This document shows, one piece after another, positions 50,712-62,268 of a stretch of DNA of 64,000 nucleotides. Position numbers and translations under genes: made by a program. How positions within the stretch are numbered: position 1 is the stretch's first letter; every line of letters begins with the position of its first letter. The stretch comes from Zootoca vivipara (lineage: Eukaryota), in NCBI RefSeq assembly GCF_963506605.1, contig NC_083285.1, positions 21,700,001 to 21,764,000 of the forward strand, read 5' to 3'. The notes under the pieces were generated by a model. That model did not search any database. It worked only from the letters and a program-made list of their open reading frames with translations, and had not been told where the DNA came from.

Positions 50712-52572
50712 AAGGCAGGTGCCTACCCAAAGGACCTTACGATATAAACTATGATGAGCAAAGCTAACAGCTAGATAGGAACCCTAGCAGTAAGTGGGAT
50801 TCAGGGTGGGAATTCAGGGTGTATTGCCAGACTGCCAAGGTTTAAACAACGACTCGGGATTTGTGCTGAGAAAATGAAAACATGACGAACAATTCACTTA
50901 AAGCACACACAATCAATGAAACATTGAAAATGACTCTGTCAAGCAAACAGAGCTTGCCCACATTCTGGGGAACAAGTGCATGGGCCTACAAATCTATCCA
51001 ATTCTGACAGGTAATTCGAAGTTGGAAACAATTACAAGATTTTACATGTAAATTAGAAACGTAAACATGCTTTCTTGATCCAGCTCATGCCATCAATGGC
51101 TTTATGCTATGAAGCAGTCTATAAATGTGTTAAGTAAAAATAAATAAAAATAAATAAAAACATAGGTAGGTAGCTGGCGCCCTCAACCACCTGCCTATAT
51201 CAGAAGAACCTTGATCTGGACAAGTGAGCAGACCATTTCATTCTATCATTCCTGAACCCTTCTAGGAAAGAATTCTGCCTTCCATTCAATGATGCAAACC
51301 CCTTCTGTGTGGTCTCATGTTTCAGGGGATAACATCATATTGGCACAGGGGTGCAAGGGAATTGCCACATTTGAAACTGCATCTTTAGTACGTTGCGGAC
51401 ACAGTGAGTTGGAAAGAAACATAGGTAAATCCATGAAGGCCATGCCAGTGGAAGATTCGAAAATATCTTTGTGGATAGAGGGTTGCCATATGACTGGAAT
51501 TTCCTGGACATATATGGAATACCACATTTGTCAGCAGCGGCCGGGCGGTAATCAGCCAAATGTCTGGAAACTGCCAGAGGTTCCTACAATCAGAATCCAT
51601 GCTAATTTGTTTTAGGCTTATTAATTCTGCAGGCGTAGGTGGGTAAATTAAAGTCACATGAATTGTCTCTGCATAAGGCCACATTCTACCTTTGTAAAGG
51701 TGGCTTATTCTTGAGTAAACCGAGGTTTATTATGTGGAATGAGGTTTCTTCTCATTTGCTGTCAGTAGTGTAATTTTCCTTTGAATTAATTACGACAATT
51801 GAATCACTACAGCTCAATTCAACAGACTATTGTAATTTATCTTTTGGATTATTCTGGTTAATGTATTCTTTATGGCAATGAATAACCCTGGTGAATTGTG
51901 TTTCAAAGTTCCAAATGTCAAAAGGCTTTCAACTGTTCTAATATGCCACTTTTGAAGTTTGAAAATATTTTTCCAGCTCCCTTTGCTCTTCTTACAACCT
52001 TCCAAATGCCACTAAAAGAGAAAAGCATTCTTTATATGTTACATATATATTCTCCAAATGCTTAGCCACAGAATTGTCTAATTAATGTTCAGACCTGTGG
52101 CTCTGAGAGTTTCCCACCAGGAAGCAGTTTATTTAAATAAAAATGAATAAACATGTGCTGTTTGTCCCTGAGTTTCAATCCAAATTGCCTGCTGAGATTT
52201 CTCTTTAAAGAGATTATTCCAGATAAAGATCCTCAAAAGAACTTCTTTCAAAAAATATTGAGGGGGGGGGAACAGCATTACGCTATAACCTTCCTCTTAA
52301 AACAAGGGTACTATGCTTACTGATAATATTCTCAAGCACCTGAATATTGAGAACTTCTAGGTAATTTGGGGAAAGCTAAATACTTCCCTTCTGACAGCAT
52401 TCTTTGACAAAACAAATGCTGAGTGACAAGATAAGCTTAACTGGTATCCCTTTCTAATCTTATTTAGCTTTACGGAGCCAAACTGCATATCATTATCAGC
52501 TGCCTTGAAACTTCATTTCATGTGGCTGACCAGGGTGCCTCTCCACGGAAATATTTACCACAGGTTGGTCAT

Positions 52573-53250
52573 GTTTCTGTTTTCCATGCTTTGAACATGG
52601 TTTGTACGTACCTATTAACTGTTATGGGAATTTTCCTTAGTTTGTTTGGGAGGAATGGGAATGCTGTGGTACAGATACTTTCGATTGAGTGTATCCATTG
52701 TTTTGTCTCATCTTTTAGTATGTATGGGATCATATGGCATGTTTGGGTGGCTCTGTAATATGTTTCTATGCTGGGGATGCCCCATCCTCCTGCTGAGGTG
52801 GGGAGGTGAAGGTCTTTGGCACTTATTCTTGGTTTTTTATGTGAGAAGATAAAAGAGCGTAGTTTTCTCTGCAAAGTTGGATTGGGGGGATCCAGATTGG
52901 GAGGATTTGGAATAGGTAGGTTAGTTTTGGGAGGGTGATCAAAAACCACTACAGCCAACCACAAATGAACAACCATACCCTAGGCCAACCCCAACCTCTC
53001 TTACCACTAACAGAACAGAAAGGAACAACAGAGAACCTGTACAAGCGATGCTGACAAACCCCCACCCCCACATATATTAAGTAAAATAGAAACATCGTCA
53101 CCTGACCCCCCATCTCCCCTCATCTACTTCTATCCCCCTCTTTCTTCCCAATGTCTCAACAAATGAATCCGATTTGTAAAAATGTTATGAGAGACATTGT
53201 ATATATTTCTGTAAATCAAGAAAATCTTTTATAAAACAAAACAAAAACAA
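52573..53250. mobile_element. L1-clade LINE insertion with 5' inversion (ORF2 fragment on -, 3' UTR and A-rich tail on +)
   Basis: Minus strand 52573-52940 reads ITLPKLTYLFQILPIWIPP, then after a frameshift LRSFIFSHKKPRISAKDLHLPTSAGGWGIPSIETYYRA, which are L1 ORF2 post-RT motifs. Plus strand 52941-53250 ends in an A-rich tail. 16-bp TSD accacaggttggtcat at 52557-52572 and 53251-53266. Confidence 0.88.
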
Positions 53251-53444
53251 ACCACAGGTTGGTCATTGCTCAATGGCAGAGAATCTGCCTTCAAGGCCCC
53301 AGCTTCAGTTCCTGGTGTGTCCATGAAGAACTGGGGAATGGTCCTGGCTAAAAACCCTTGTGAGTCACTGCCAATCAGAAATTTGGAGGCCACTTATCAG
53401 CATGGCCTTTTCAGGTATCTACAACAGCTTAAGTCAATGTTCTT

Positions 53445-53505
53445 AGAAACCAACTAAGTTTGTTCTGGGTATAAGCTTTTGTGTGCATGCGCACTTCTTC
53501 AGATA
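53445..53505. mobile_element. Penelope-like terminal fragment
   Basis: ttagaaaccaactaagtttgttctgggtataagcttttgtgtgcatgcgcacttcttcagata resembles recalled reptile Penelope termini. Short. Confidence 0.55.
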
Positions 53506-54068
53506 GACAGTGAGTATAGGGTTGCATTCTTTTCCTCCAGATAGGTTTTTACTCCACCACAGTGCTATCCTGCATTATTAAGTTACTGTACAATCTCTTG
53601 AGTAGTTCTGTATATCAAACCTTCTGTTTTCTTCAGCATTGAAACATAATTTCTGTCCCTATTTGAAGCTAATAGCTGCATGGTAATGGAAAAGTGGGAT
53701 GTGTCGCAGTGTCCTCCAAAAGAGGATGAGTGGACTGCCCATTCCAACGCTCCACTTATTCATTTAAAAATACTCCTGAAAATTATACATTGACACACAC
53801 ATATTTCTAGCCATTAAATATTATTGCCATACCTCCGATTTAGAACCAGTGGCAAAATGTTTGAGGACAGCGCTGTGGGTGCAAGGCAGCTTGACCTTCA
53901 CACCCTTAAGCTGGCTTGTGGTCCTCACTTGTGGTAGAGGATGTTGAAGTTCGATTCAGCTGCCAGCCCAGTCGGCTTCTGTGTGTGAAATGGGACGTGG
54001 GGATACCCACTTTATCTCAGGTGGTGTCAGGGCTAGAGTCAGGTGTAGGTCAGCACGACACATTGAAT

Positions 54069-54157
54069 CATAGCTGCCAAGTTTTCCCTTTTCTCACAAG
54101 GAAGCCTATTCAGCATAAGGGAAAATCCCTTAAAAAAGGGATAACTTGGCAGCTATG
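54069..54157 (+). mobile_element. 89-bp hAT MITE, copy 4
   Basis: Same TIRs. TSD cattgaat at 54061-54068 and 54158-54165. Confidence 0.95.
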
Positions 54158-54169
54158 CATTGAATCACT

Positions 54170-54521
54170 CAAGGCCAGTGAAGCAAACTCTCTTTCAAGG
54201 AAATAAGCCACAGCTCTGGCCTAGTGGCCTCAGCAACTCTTTCGAGGAGGTCTTGCCCCGATAAAGCAGTTGCAAGGACTAAGGGTCCCCACCTTCCCAG
54301 TGCCCATGGAACGACTCCTCTGCAGGGTTTTCCCCATGCAGTCTCAGGCTGTGTCTGAGTACAATCTTCCTCTGCTCTGCCCACCCACTTCATTTCTCTA
54401 TGAGTTCTAGAAGACCAGGGAGGAGCTGGCCACAGCAGGGCGGGGAGATTCTCTGGCTTCTTCCACAACCAGCTTATCTGCCACCTGGCCCCACTCCTCT
54501 GCATCCAGCCAGTCCATGACA
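54170..54521 (-). mobile_element. Possible LTR fragment
   Basis: Minus strand starts tgtcatggactggctggatgcagaggagtgg, resembling a recalled lizard LTR 5' end. The other boundary is unresolved. Confidence 0.35.
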
Positions 54522-56594
54522 GGCAGCAAGGTATCTTGGACCAGCTCCGGATGGAGTTGTCTTGCGATAGCTGCACCTACGCGATGTACATAGTTATGAG
54601 AACAGCTCAATTAACTACCATAATTGAACAGGCTTCAAGACCCAGTAAATCTGTTCATGGTTTCTGGAGAGGGAGAACCAAGACACCCTTTAACACCTCT
54701 TGATATTCGTAAACACTGGTGTTTAACTTTCTCAAAGCTATTACCTTCAGCTGAGCAAGATTTTTACCTTTCCTACTACTTATTAAAAGAGAGTTCCACA
54801 ACTTCCATTTGATGACATAGTGTCATCCAAAATAACCAAAATATGTTCCAACGTTTGGACAACATTCTAGAAATATAATTAAAGCCTTTCTGAAGCATTT
54901 GATTAGAATTAATTCTGAGTCCACTAACAGAGTAATAACATTTAGCGTCAATCATTTTAAAAGTGTTCTGCATCATAAGGGAGGAAAGCTATTATCAGGT
55001 CTAAGAATTAGCTGTAGTGTCAAGCAAGTAAATAGCCTGTCACACTGCTGTTAATACTGATTAAGCTCTAAGGCCCCTTTCATAAATGAAAGAGAAGAAG
55101 AGCAGTGAGCTAAACTGGGGGAACGGCCACCCCATCCTTGACAAGCACAAGGGCATCAAGTCCCAATTTCCCTTTGCAATGTGGCTGTTATCCCCAAACC
55201 ACTGTCCCCTCATCAGTTAATACAGGTTTCACATTGCATGGGTCAACTGGATCACATGCACAGCTCCAGATCACATGCATCAGCCCCAGTGGGGCCACAG
55301 TACTGCAACTGGAAAAACCACACGGGTCTGGAACATGAAGAATTTAAATCAGCCTTCAACAACCTAGTGCCCTCCACATGTTTTGGACTGCAATTGTCAC
55401 CAGCCTCTGTTCTTGTACTTCATTTACACAAGCAGCAGAACCTTCAGAACTTATTGCCCCTGCTTCATCCCTCCATCTCACTTTTATCCCCTACCTGACC
55501 TCTGTTCTTTGTCATCTCCTTTGGACCCAAACTCACATTTCATATTTCTTTCAGTCCCCGCAGTCTCAAACCTGACACTTCTCTGCTTCTACCTGTGTGT
55601 CTTTTTCCTTGCTTAGGTGGAAACTGAATCAGTGACTCTTCAGGCTCTTGTGTCACAACAAAGTTATCAAACTGTTGGGAAAATGGATCAAGATGGGATG
55701 TAACAATATTAATCTGGCTTGTCCTTTCAACCTTTGAATGTATGCTCCAGCACATTTTAGAAAATAAGAGGGGACTGATTTTGTTTGTTGGCCAAGGGTG
55801 AGATCCAGCTATTTTGCTGCCAGAGGTAAATAAATTTTGCTCCATGTCCTATCTTGATGAGGCAGGGTGAAGAACTATGTTTCTTTCTCAAGCATTTCCC
55901 TGATGGCAGCTACTTTCCTTTGTTCCATCTAAGTGATTGGACCAACTAGAGGGGTAAATTCACTTGTATGGAATGCAGGAAAGAGGGCTGCAATCAATTA
56001 AACAGACTGGCACAGTTACCCACCAGACCATGTTGTTCCAAAGGTGGGGCAGAGATGATGATGCCCTGGAGATTTTTCCTCCTCCAATCCACAGTTGCAG
56101 GGAAGTATGCCCCTCCCTGAGGTTGACGAGGGATGAGCCAATGCAGCCAATGGGGGTGAGAGGATGTGTTCTGCTTTAAAAAGAAAACATCGCCTCATCT
56201 TCCTCAAAGTGTTTATCCCACCCAGCCACCCGAATATGGGATTAGTCAGCTGCCTGTTAAGGAACTGAGTAACAATTTTTTGAGTTGGAAGCCAAGGAAA
56301 TCTTTTTTCCCCCCACCTGCTTCGATGAAGGCCATCATTTAACCGTGTCTTTGTCAGGGAATGGTCGGAACAGGAAGACTGGGAAGTGTGCACTCTGTCT
56401 GATCAGCTTTTCTCTCTGAAGAGGAGGGGGGAATTTTTGCCCCCTTTGCCTACCGTAAAGAGAAAGAGAGATGCTATGTTGTTCGGGGAGGAATTGCCTA
56501 GTTACGAGACTGTGGGTGGGACTCCTGGGACCTCCCATTGGCACTCAGGATGTTGTTGGGGACAGAAGAGGCGGGGCTCAGAGTAGTCAACGTC

Positions 56595-56730
56595 TTTCTT
56601 TTTTAAAAAAATTAATTTTTATTAAGGGTTTTCTTGGTTTACAGAGGTAGTACAATGTCTCGTATTCTTTCCCATGTACAGTTTTTACACATTAATCTTG
56701 ATTGTTAAGACATTAGGAAGAAAGGGGAGC
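56595..56730 (-). mobile_element. L1 3' UTR/tail fragment
   Basis: ttttcttggtttacaga...tacaatgtctc...gacattaggaagaaagggg is the reverse-complement homolog of 53130-53235. Confidence 0.75.
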
Positions 56731-57114
56731 TGTGTATGGATTTTTGTCGTGCAACCAGATAATTGAATAAAAAGGACTATAAAATACAAACTGCTTGTTT
56801 ATCCCACCCAGGGATAAACCCAGGGATCCCACCCAGGGATAAATTGTTTGATGCTAACTGGAGAAGGAGAGGACTCTCCACGCCTGACAGCTTTGCACGC
56901 TTCAACATTCTTTTGTCTGTCCTGAGTCTTTCAACATTTGGCTTTGTTGGGTGTCCCAAGTCCCAACATCCTGCATAATTTGATAGAGCTCTATCATGTC
57001 TCCTCTTACTTTGTCTTTTCTCTGAATGAAAAGCCCCCCCCCCCCGCCCGGCAAAGGCACTCAAAATGGCAAATATAAAAAGTGCTCATCATTTAACAGC
57101 ATAACCAGTGCTCC

Positions 57115-57422
57115 CAGTGTAGTGTAATGGTTGGGCAGTTGGACTAGGGCCTGGGAGACCAGAGTTCAAATCTCCACTCATCCCTGATCATAGCTGCCAA
57201 GTTATCCCTTTTTAAAAGGGATTTTCCCTTATGCTGAATAGGCTTCCTCGCGAGAAAAGGGAAAACTTGGCAGCTATGTCCCTGATGCTTGTTGAGTGAC
57301 CCTGGACAAGTTGCAGTCTCCCAGCCTAATCTGCTTTACAAGGTTGCTGTGAGAATCAAATGGAGAGGAAGGAGAGCTATATATGCCATATCGAGCTCCT
57401 TGGATTAAAGGTGGGGTATAAA
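57115..57422 (+). mobile_element. Old tRNA-derived (MIR-like) SINE interrupted by a MITE
   Basis: gtgtagtgtaatggtt...gagttcaaatctcc (A/B boxes) ... gtgaccctggacaagt ... ggggtataaat. Confidence 0.7.
57189..57278 (-). mobile_element. 90-bp hAT MITE, copy 5
   Basis: Same TIRs. TSD tccctgat at 57181-57188 and 57279-57286. Confidence 0.95.
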
Positions 57423-57481
57423 TGGCGTGCTCTGGTCCATGGGGTCACAAAGAGTCAGACACGACTAAACAACAACAACAA
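57423..57481 (+). mobile_element. Extremely 5'-truncated Bov-B tail
   Basis: tggcgtgctctggtccatggggtcacaaagagtcagacacgactaaac(aac)n. Possible TSD ataaatg on both sides. Confidence 0.85.
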
Positions 57482-59043
57482 TAAATGTAACAGTAAATAA
57501 ATAAGGGAGGACTTTTGATTTAATAGCATTAAAAATAGAAAGAACCCAGCATCAGAAAAGGAAGAAGGGAAAGAAGCCCAAACAATAAATGAAATGAAGT
57601 AAATGAAATGAAAAGGGAGTGTGTTCAGACACTTGCACAGAGAGGAGGCAGCCCTAAGATCTAACATAGAAAGCTCACTTGCACATTGCCACCAATCACT
57701 CCTCAGAATGCAGAGGAACAGGGAAGAGAAGATGGTTTTTTTAATATAAAAAAAATCCTGTAAGCAAGTCATCTAATCAAAATTGCTACTTAGTTGGTGT
57801 TATATTTTGTCTGATGTGCTTATTTACCAAAAGCATTGCTCCTATGGTCCACTGCATCCTGGATAAAAATTGTGCTTGGGGGAATAATGCTGCTTTCATA
57901 TTCACTGAAATGAATTTCTTATCCCTGCATAGATGTATTTTGTATAAAGTGTTTTCTATCACATACAAGCAATTTTGGAGCTTTCAACATTTAAAAGTGA
58001 GGGGGTGGGGGGAGGAAGGGGGGAGAATTACCAGTGTGTGAAAAAAGGAGAAAATGACCAATTATGTTCTGAAGAAAACAGAGAAGATTGCTATGCTTAA
58101 AGTTTGTTTTTTAAGCACATATACCCCGATGCAGGCAAGAAAACCTGAGTATGCAGTATGTCATCCTAAAACTCAGGTGGAACCTCTCCCTATGCTATAT
58201 CCAAAGCAGCTTTTAAGAGAACTCTTGAGGTTTAAAAGCCATTTGTGGCACAGCGGAGAAGAGACAGTTTGCAAATGAAAATACTTTACTGAATGCATGC
58301 AAAGGACTGTCTGGAACAGAACCAAAATAAAGGAGACAGGAAACCCTTAGTAAGGCAGTGTTTGACAGATAGGTGCTTTTAAAGGTGACCTTTTAGAGAC
58401 ATATCTGCAGAGCAGGACGAAAGACTGCAAAGCCATTCAATAGGTGGGTTAAGCACTTCATGCATTTTCCCAGATTTGTCTTCTTATTTTTCCTTCCATA
58501 TGCCTTACTCACTTTGAGAGCAAAATGAAATCAAGCCAATGTAAACAAAGAAGACATTTTAAATCAGGGACCCTTAGAACATAGAGAAAGTCCTGCAACT
58601 TTTGTAACATGCCTGAGGCAGAGTTTAATGGGACCTGCCTCCTGGTAAGTGAGCAAAGGATGGCAACCTAAATTTAGGGATACATTTCGTATTTCCAGCT
58701 AAAACCAAGACTGAGTCTAAAAACTTGGATTAGGTATGGGTGAATCTGTCAATTTCAGTTTCTCATAATCAGTTCTCCACATTTCCATGTCAGTTGAATG
58801 AAAATTCACCAGCCTTTTAGTGCAAATATCTCCTGGTACACACTTTTTTTTTAACGTAATTTTGAAAAATTCACCAAAGTGCAAATTTTGAAGGATAGAT
58901 CCGTTTGGGTTCACATATTGTTTCAAACTGTGGTAAAAAGGTAAAGGTATTGTTACCTTTACCTTTTTACTATGGTACTATGACTTTTTAGTGTTTTTAT
59001 ATTGTAAACATCTCTGTGATTCTAGGATGAGAGGTGGCATAGA

Positions 59044-59089
<46 letters not shown>
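59044..59089. repeat. (AAT)n microsatellite
   Basis: Perfect run. Confidence 0.96.
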
Positions 59090-59090
<1 letters not shown>

Positions 59091-59861
59091 CTGCACAATC
59101 TGCTCCCTTTCTGCAGCACAACAGACAAACTTCACCTATCTTTCTAACACACACAATGAATGGGGAAGGGGTCCCACTTTACATCCAGCAAATGTGATTT
59201 CCAAGTCATATTTCCCCGCAGCACGAGTTACTTATCTCCCCAGAGTAGTCCACAATTGGTCTCTGCTTGTGTTCAGCAGCCATGGAAGTCACCTGAGAAG
59301 TTTGGATGGAGTTTAGTGTCAGCAATAAGTTGGTGACATCAGTTCCCTTCTCCTCCCCCCCCCTCCAGGTAATGTCAGAATTTATTCAGAGTTTGGCCAG
59401 GATAGTGGAGTCGATGCAGGCAAGCCAACTGCAGCTGAAAGCAGACATGACTAGTTGTTTTCAGCAGGGTGTGTGTGTGTGTGGTGCATGTGTCCTAGGG
59501 CCACCCATCATTGGTGGACTTTGGTCTTTCTTCATCATTCTAGCTCAGAGATCTGTGTTTCCATAGATTCATTGCTGCTGCTACATTTCAAGGTTGCTGC
59601 TCTGTCCAGGAACTTCGTCGGTGAAAAATCTGCAACTCTTTTTTTAATTAGATGCAGACCTAGGCATATCAGTCATGACTTTGGCACCTCAAGGCTAAAG
59701 TACTGTAATGCACTCTCTGCATCTATGCTGCCCTTGAAGACTGTTGGGGATGTTTCAGCAGAATATTGATTCCAGCCTCGTGATGGAATGGAGCATTTGA
59801 AGCATATTCTGTCAGTGCTCCAGAATTCTGCACTGATTCCCTATCAGAGAGGCTATCGGTG

Positions 59862-59972
59862 GTGTTCATCTAAATTTTACTCAGAGTAGACCCACTGGAA
59901 TGACTGAAAATCCATTAATTAAATCCATTAATTTAATACGGCTACTCTGAGTAAATCTTAGTTGAATACAAC
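59862..59972. repeat. Short palindromic dispersed element (ACTCAGAGTAG ... CTACTCTGAGT)
   Basis: tttactcagagtag / ctactctgagtaaa inverted pair. Related copies at 23742-24068 (split), ~37075-37160 and ~32420-32480. Confidence 0.7.
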
Positions 59973-60483
59973 TCTATGGTAGTCTACCAGGTTCTTTTTT
60001 TTTTATTAAGATGCTGCTGTTCCACTGGTACGACAATGATCTAAAAGCTTTCTTGTTGTGCCCATTTCTCTTTTATTTATTTCCCGTCAGGGTTTCAAAA
60101 ATTGTGATTGCTTGTGCAAACCTGCAAATTAGACCTTGGGGACAGGGGACAGGCTGAACATCTATCTGAGATGAAGGTACCTGCCATCACTCTTCTGTGT
60201 CACTCTTTCCGTGATGCATATTCCTATATGCATTCCCATCCATACATTCATGCACAACTAGAGCTGGATCAGGATTTGTAAAAGCAAATGAGCAGCATAA
60301 AGAAGCAAGCCAATAATTTCAGGTTTCTCGCTGACCTTCTCTGGGGTAGTTTATGTGCTTTGCTCTTCTCAAACTGCATGTGCTCACAGAGCCAAGGGCA
60401 ATGCATCAATGAAATGTGGGTAGGGGGCATTTTTGTGGTGCAACCAGCAACATTGAGCATGCCTTTGCACATGGGGCAAGCAG

Positions 60484-60819
60484 CAGTGGCGGAGCAAGCC
60501 GATCAGATGCCTGGGGTGGTGTGCGTGCCCTGCACCCAGGGGTGGGGCCAGCTGGGGCAGGACACTCCACAGGGCCTCCAGGGAGTCTGCCTGCCCCCTC
60601 CCACTCAGCCGCCCTACAGCTGAGGGGGAGGTGGCGGACAGACCGTTTGGGGCAGTGCGGAGCCTGCAGGCATCCAAGCCATCATGTCCCTCCCAGGAGA
60701 GACACGTGGCTCGGGCGCTCTGCAGGCCCTGCAGTGAGTGCTGCCTGGCATTTTGTCACCCCCTTCAGTGGTGACACCCAGGGTGGACCGCCCTCACCGC
60801 ACCCCTTCCTCTGCCCCAG
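60484..60819. mobile_element. GC-rich hAT-type element (CAGTGGCGGAG family)
   Basis: Termini cagtggcggag / cctctgccccag. Exact TSD gcaagcag at 60476-60483 and 60820-60827. Confidence 0.85.
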
Positions 60820-61279
60820 GCAAGCAGAAGCCTTTTTGGAAAGCAATGATATTCAAGAACATGGGGGAGTAAAGTGGAGCAGTCCAGAGAAAGGGGCAGA
60901 TATTATAGATCCCTAATGTAGGTATCTGACATATTTCAGATCAGACTATTTATCTACCCAGCTCAGTATTGTTGGCTTTGGTTGACAACAGTCCTCCAGG
61001 GTTTCAAGGAGAGTTCTGTCATATCACCTTCTACCTAATTTATTTAACTGGAGGTGCCAGTGACAAAACCTGGAATGGGAAAGGCCTGTAGCAGTGTAGC
61101 AGAACTAGAGAATCAGCTTTGCATGCAGAAGATCCCTAGTTCAACCCCAACATTTCCACACAGGGTGGGGAGAGAACCCTGCCTGAAACTCGAGAATGAC
61201 TGCCAGTCGGTGTGAATAATCTTGAGCTAAATGGACCAATGGTTTCAGACTTAAGATAAGGTAAATTCCCATATTCCTA

Positions 61280-61694
61280 CAGACCTTCCAAGTGCCACTA
61301 TTTTCCAGGGACAGTCCCAGATTCACAGAAGCCATCCTGGTTTATGATTTGATCTGATCTTTTGAATGTCCTGACATTTGAATGTCCTGCCTTTTCTTAG
61401 GATGTCCCTATTTTGATTGCAGAAATATTGGAGGGTATGAAATAGGATACAGTATCCCTATTTTCATTAGAGAAATGTACTAGGGCAGGCATCCCCAAAC
61501 TTCGGCCCTCCAGATGTTTTGGACTATAATTCCCATCATCCCTGACCACTGGTCCTGTTAGCTAGGGATCATGGGAGTTGTAGGCCAAAACATCTGGAGG
61601 GCCGCAGTTTGGATGTCTCTATTTTCACTGTGAAACTTTGGAGGGCACGGACTAGGAGGTCCCTCTTTTCCTTGGATAAATGTTGGAGGGTATG
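61280..61694 (+). mobile_element. hAT-like element with reiterated right ends
   Basis: Left end cagaccttccaag. The right-end motif gtccctattt...gaaatgttggagggtatg recurs about four times. Confidence 0.7.
61486..61612 (+). mobile_element. hAT-Charlie-type MITE, copy D (right TIR truncated)
   Basis: Near-identical to copies A-C but ends at gcagtttgg. No right TSD. Confidence 0.88.
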
Positions 61695-61819
61695 CTACGG
61701 GTTCCTACCCAGGCAAGACTAAGACTCCAACCAGTTCCCACTCAACTGGGAGGAGGTGACCACATCCAGAGAAGGGTGGAACTTCTTTTACAGATTAGGC
61801 ATGTCGGAGAAAGACTACA

Positions 61820-61985
61820 TACACCATAGGGACATCCAATGAAGCTGATTATTGGAAGATTCGGGATAGAGAAAAGCAAGTACTTTTCTCTACACAGCAT
61901 AGTTAAACCACTGCATAGCATTTGCTCCCAGAAGATGTAATGGCCACCAACTTAGAAGGCTTTAAAGGAGAATTAAACTATGTTC
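61820..61985 (+). mobile_element. Old CR1 fragment
   Basis: gggacatccaatgaagctg...agattcggga...tggccaccaacttagaaggctttaaaggagaatta. The reverse 3' ends of this family are at ~4528-4640, 18348-18470, 31910-32020 and 63495-63725. Confidence 0.6.
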
Positions 61986-62004
61986 ATAGAGGCTTGATCT
62001 CATA

Positions 62005-62176
62005 GAGTTGCTCTCCAAGCCAAGGAGATAAGTAACTATACAAGCTTTAGAAGACATCTGAAGGCAGCTCTGTGTAGGGAAGTTTCTTTAATGTTTTATT
62101 ATGTTTTTATATCTGTTGAAAGCTGTCCAGAGTGGCTGGGGCAACCCAGTCAGATGAGTGGGGTGTTGTTATTGTT

Positions 62177-62221
<45 letters not shown>

Positions 62222-62268
62222 TTGAATAAGACATCCCTATTTTCATCGGAGAAATGCTGGAGGGTCTG
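62005..62268 (+). mobile_element. Second copy of the LINE-tail + hAT-end composite, including (TAA)n at 62178-62221
   Basis: Reverse-complement colinear with 16603-16827, including the junction ttgaata.ga..tccctattttcatc.gagaaat..tggag.gt.tg. Confidence 0.72.

Noticed and set aside
51289-51684. Four overlapping ORFs
   Set aside because: No recognisable domain. ORFs of this length are expected by chance.
54169-54610. Protein-like ORFs (e.g. QLHPELVQDTLLPVMDWLDAEEW)
   Set aside because: No family recognised. The DNA more likely derives from an LTR-like repeat.
60416-60916. 166-aa ORF
   Set aside because: Mostly lies within a GC-rich hAT element bounded by a TSD. Stops are scarce because of GC content.
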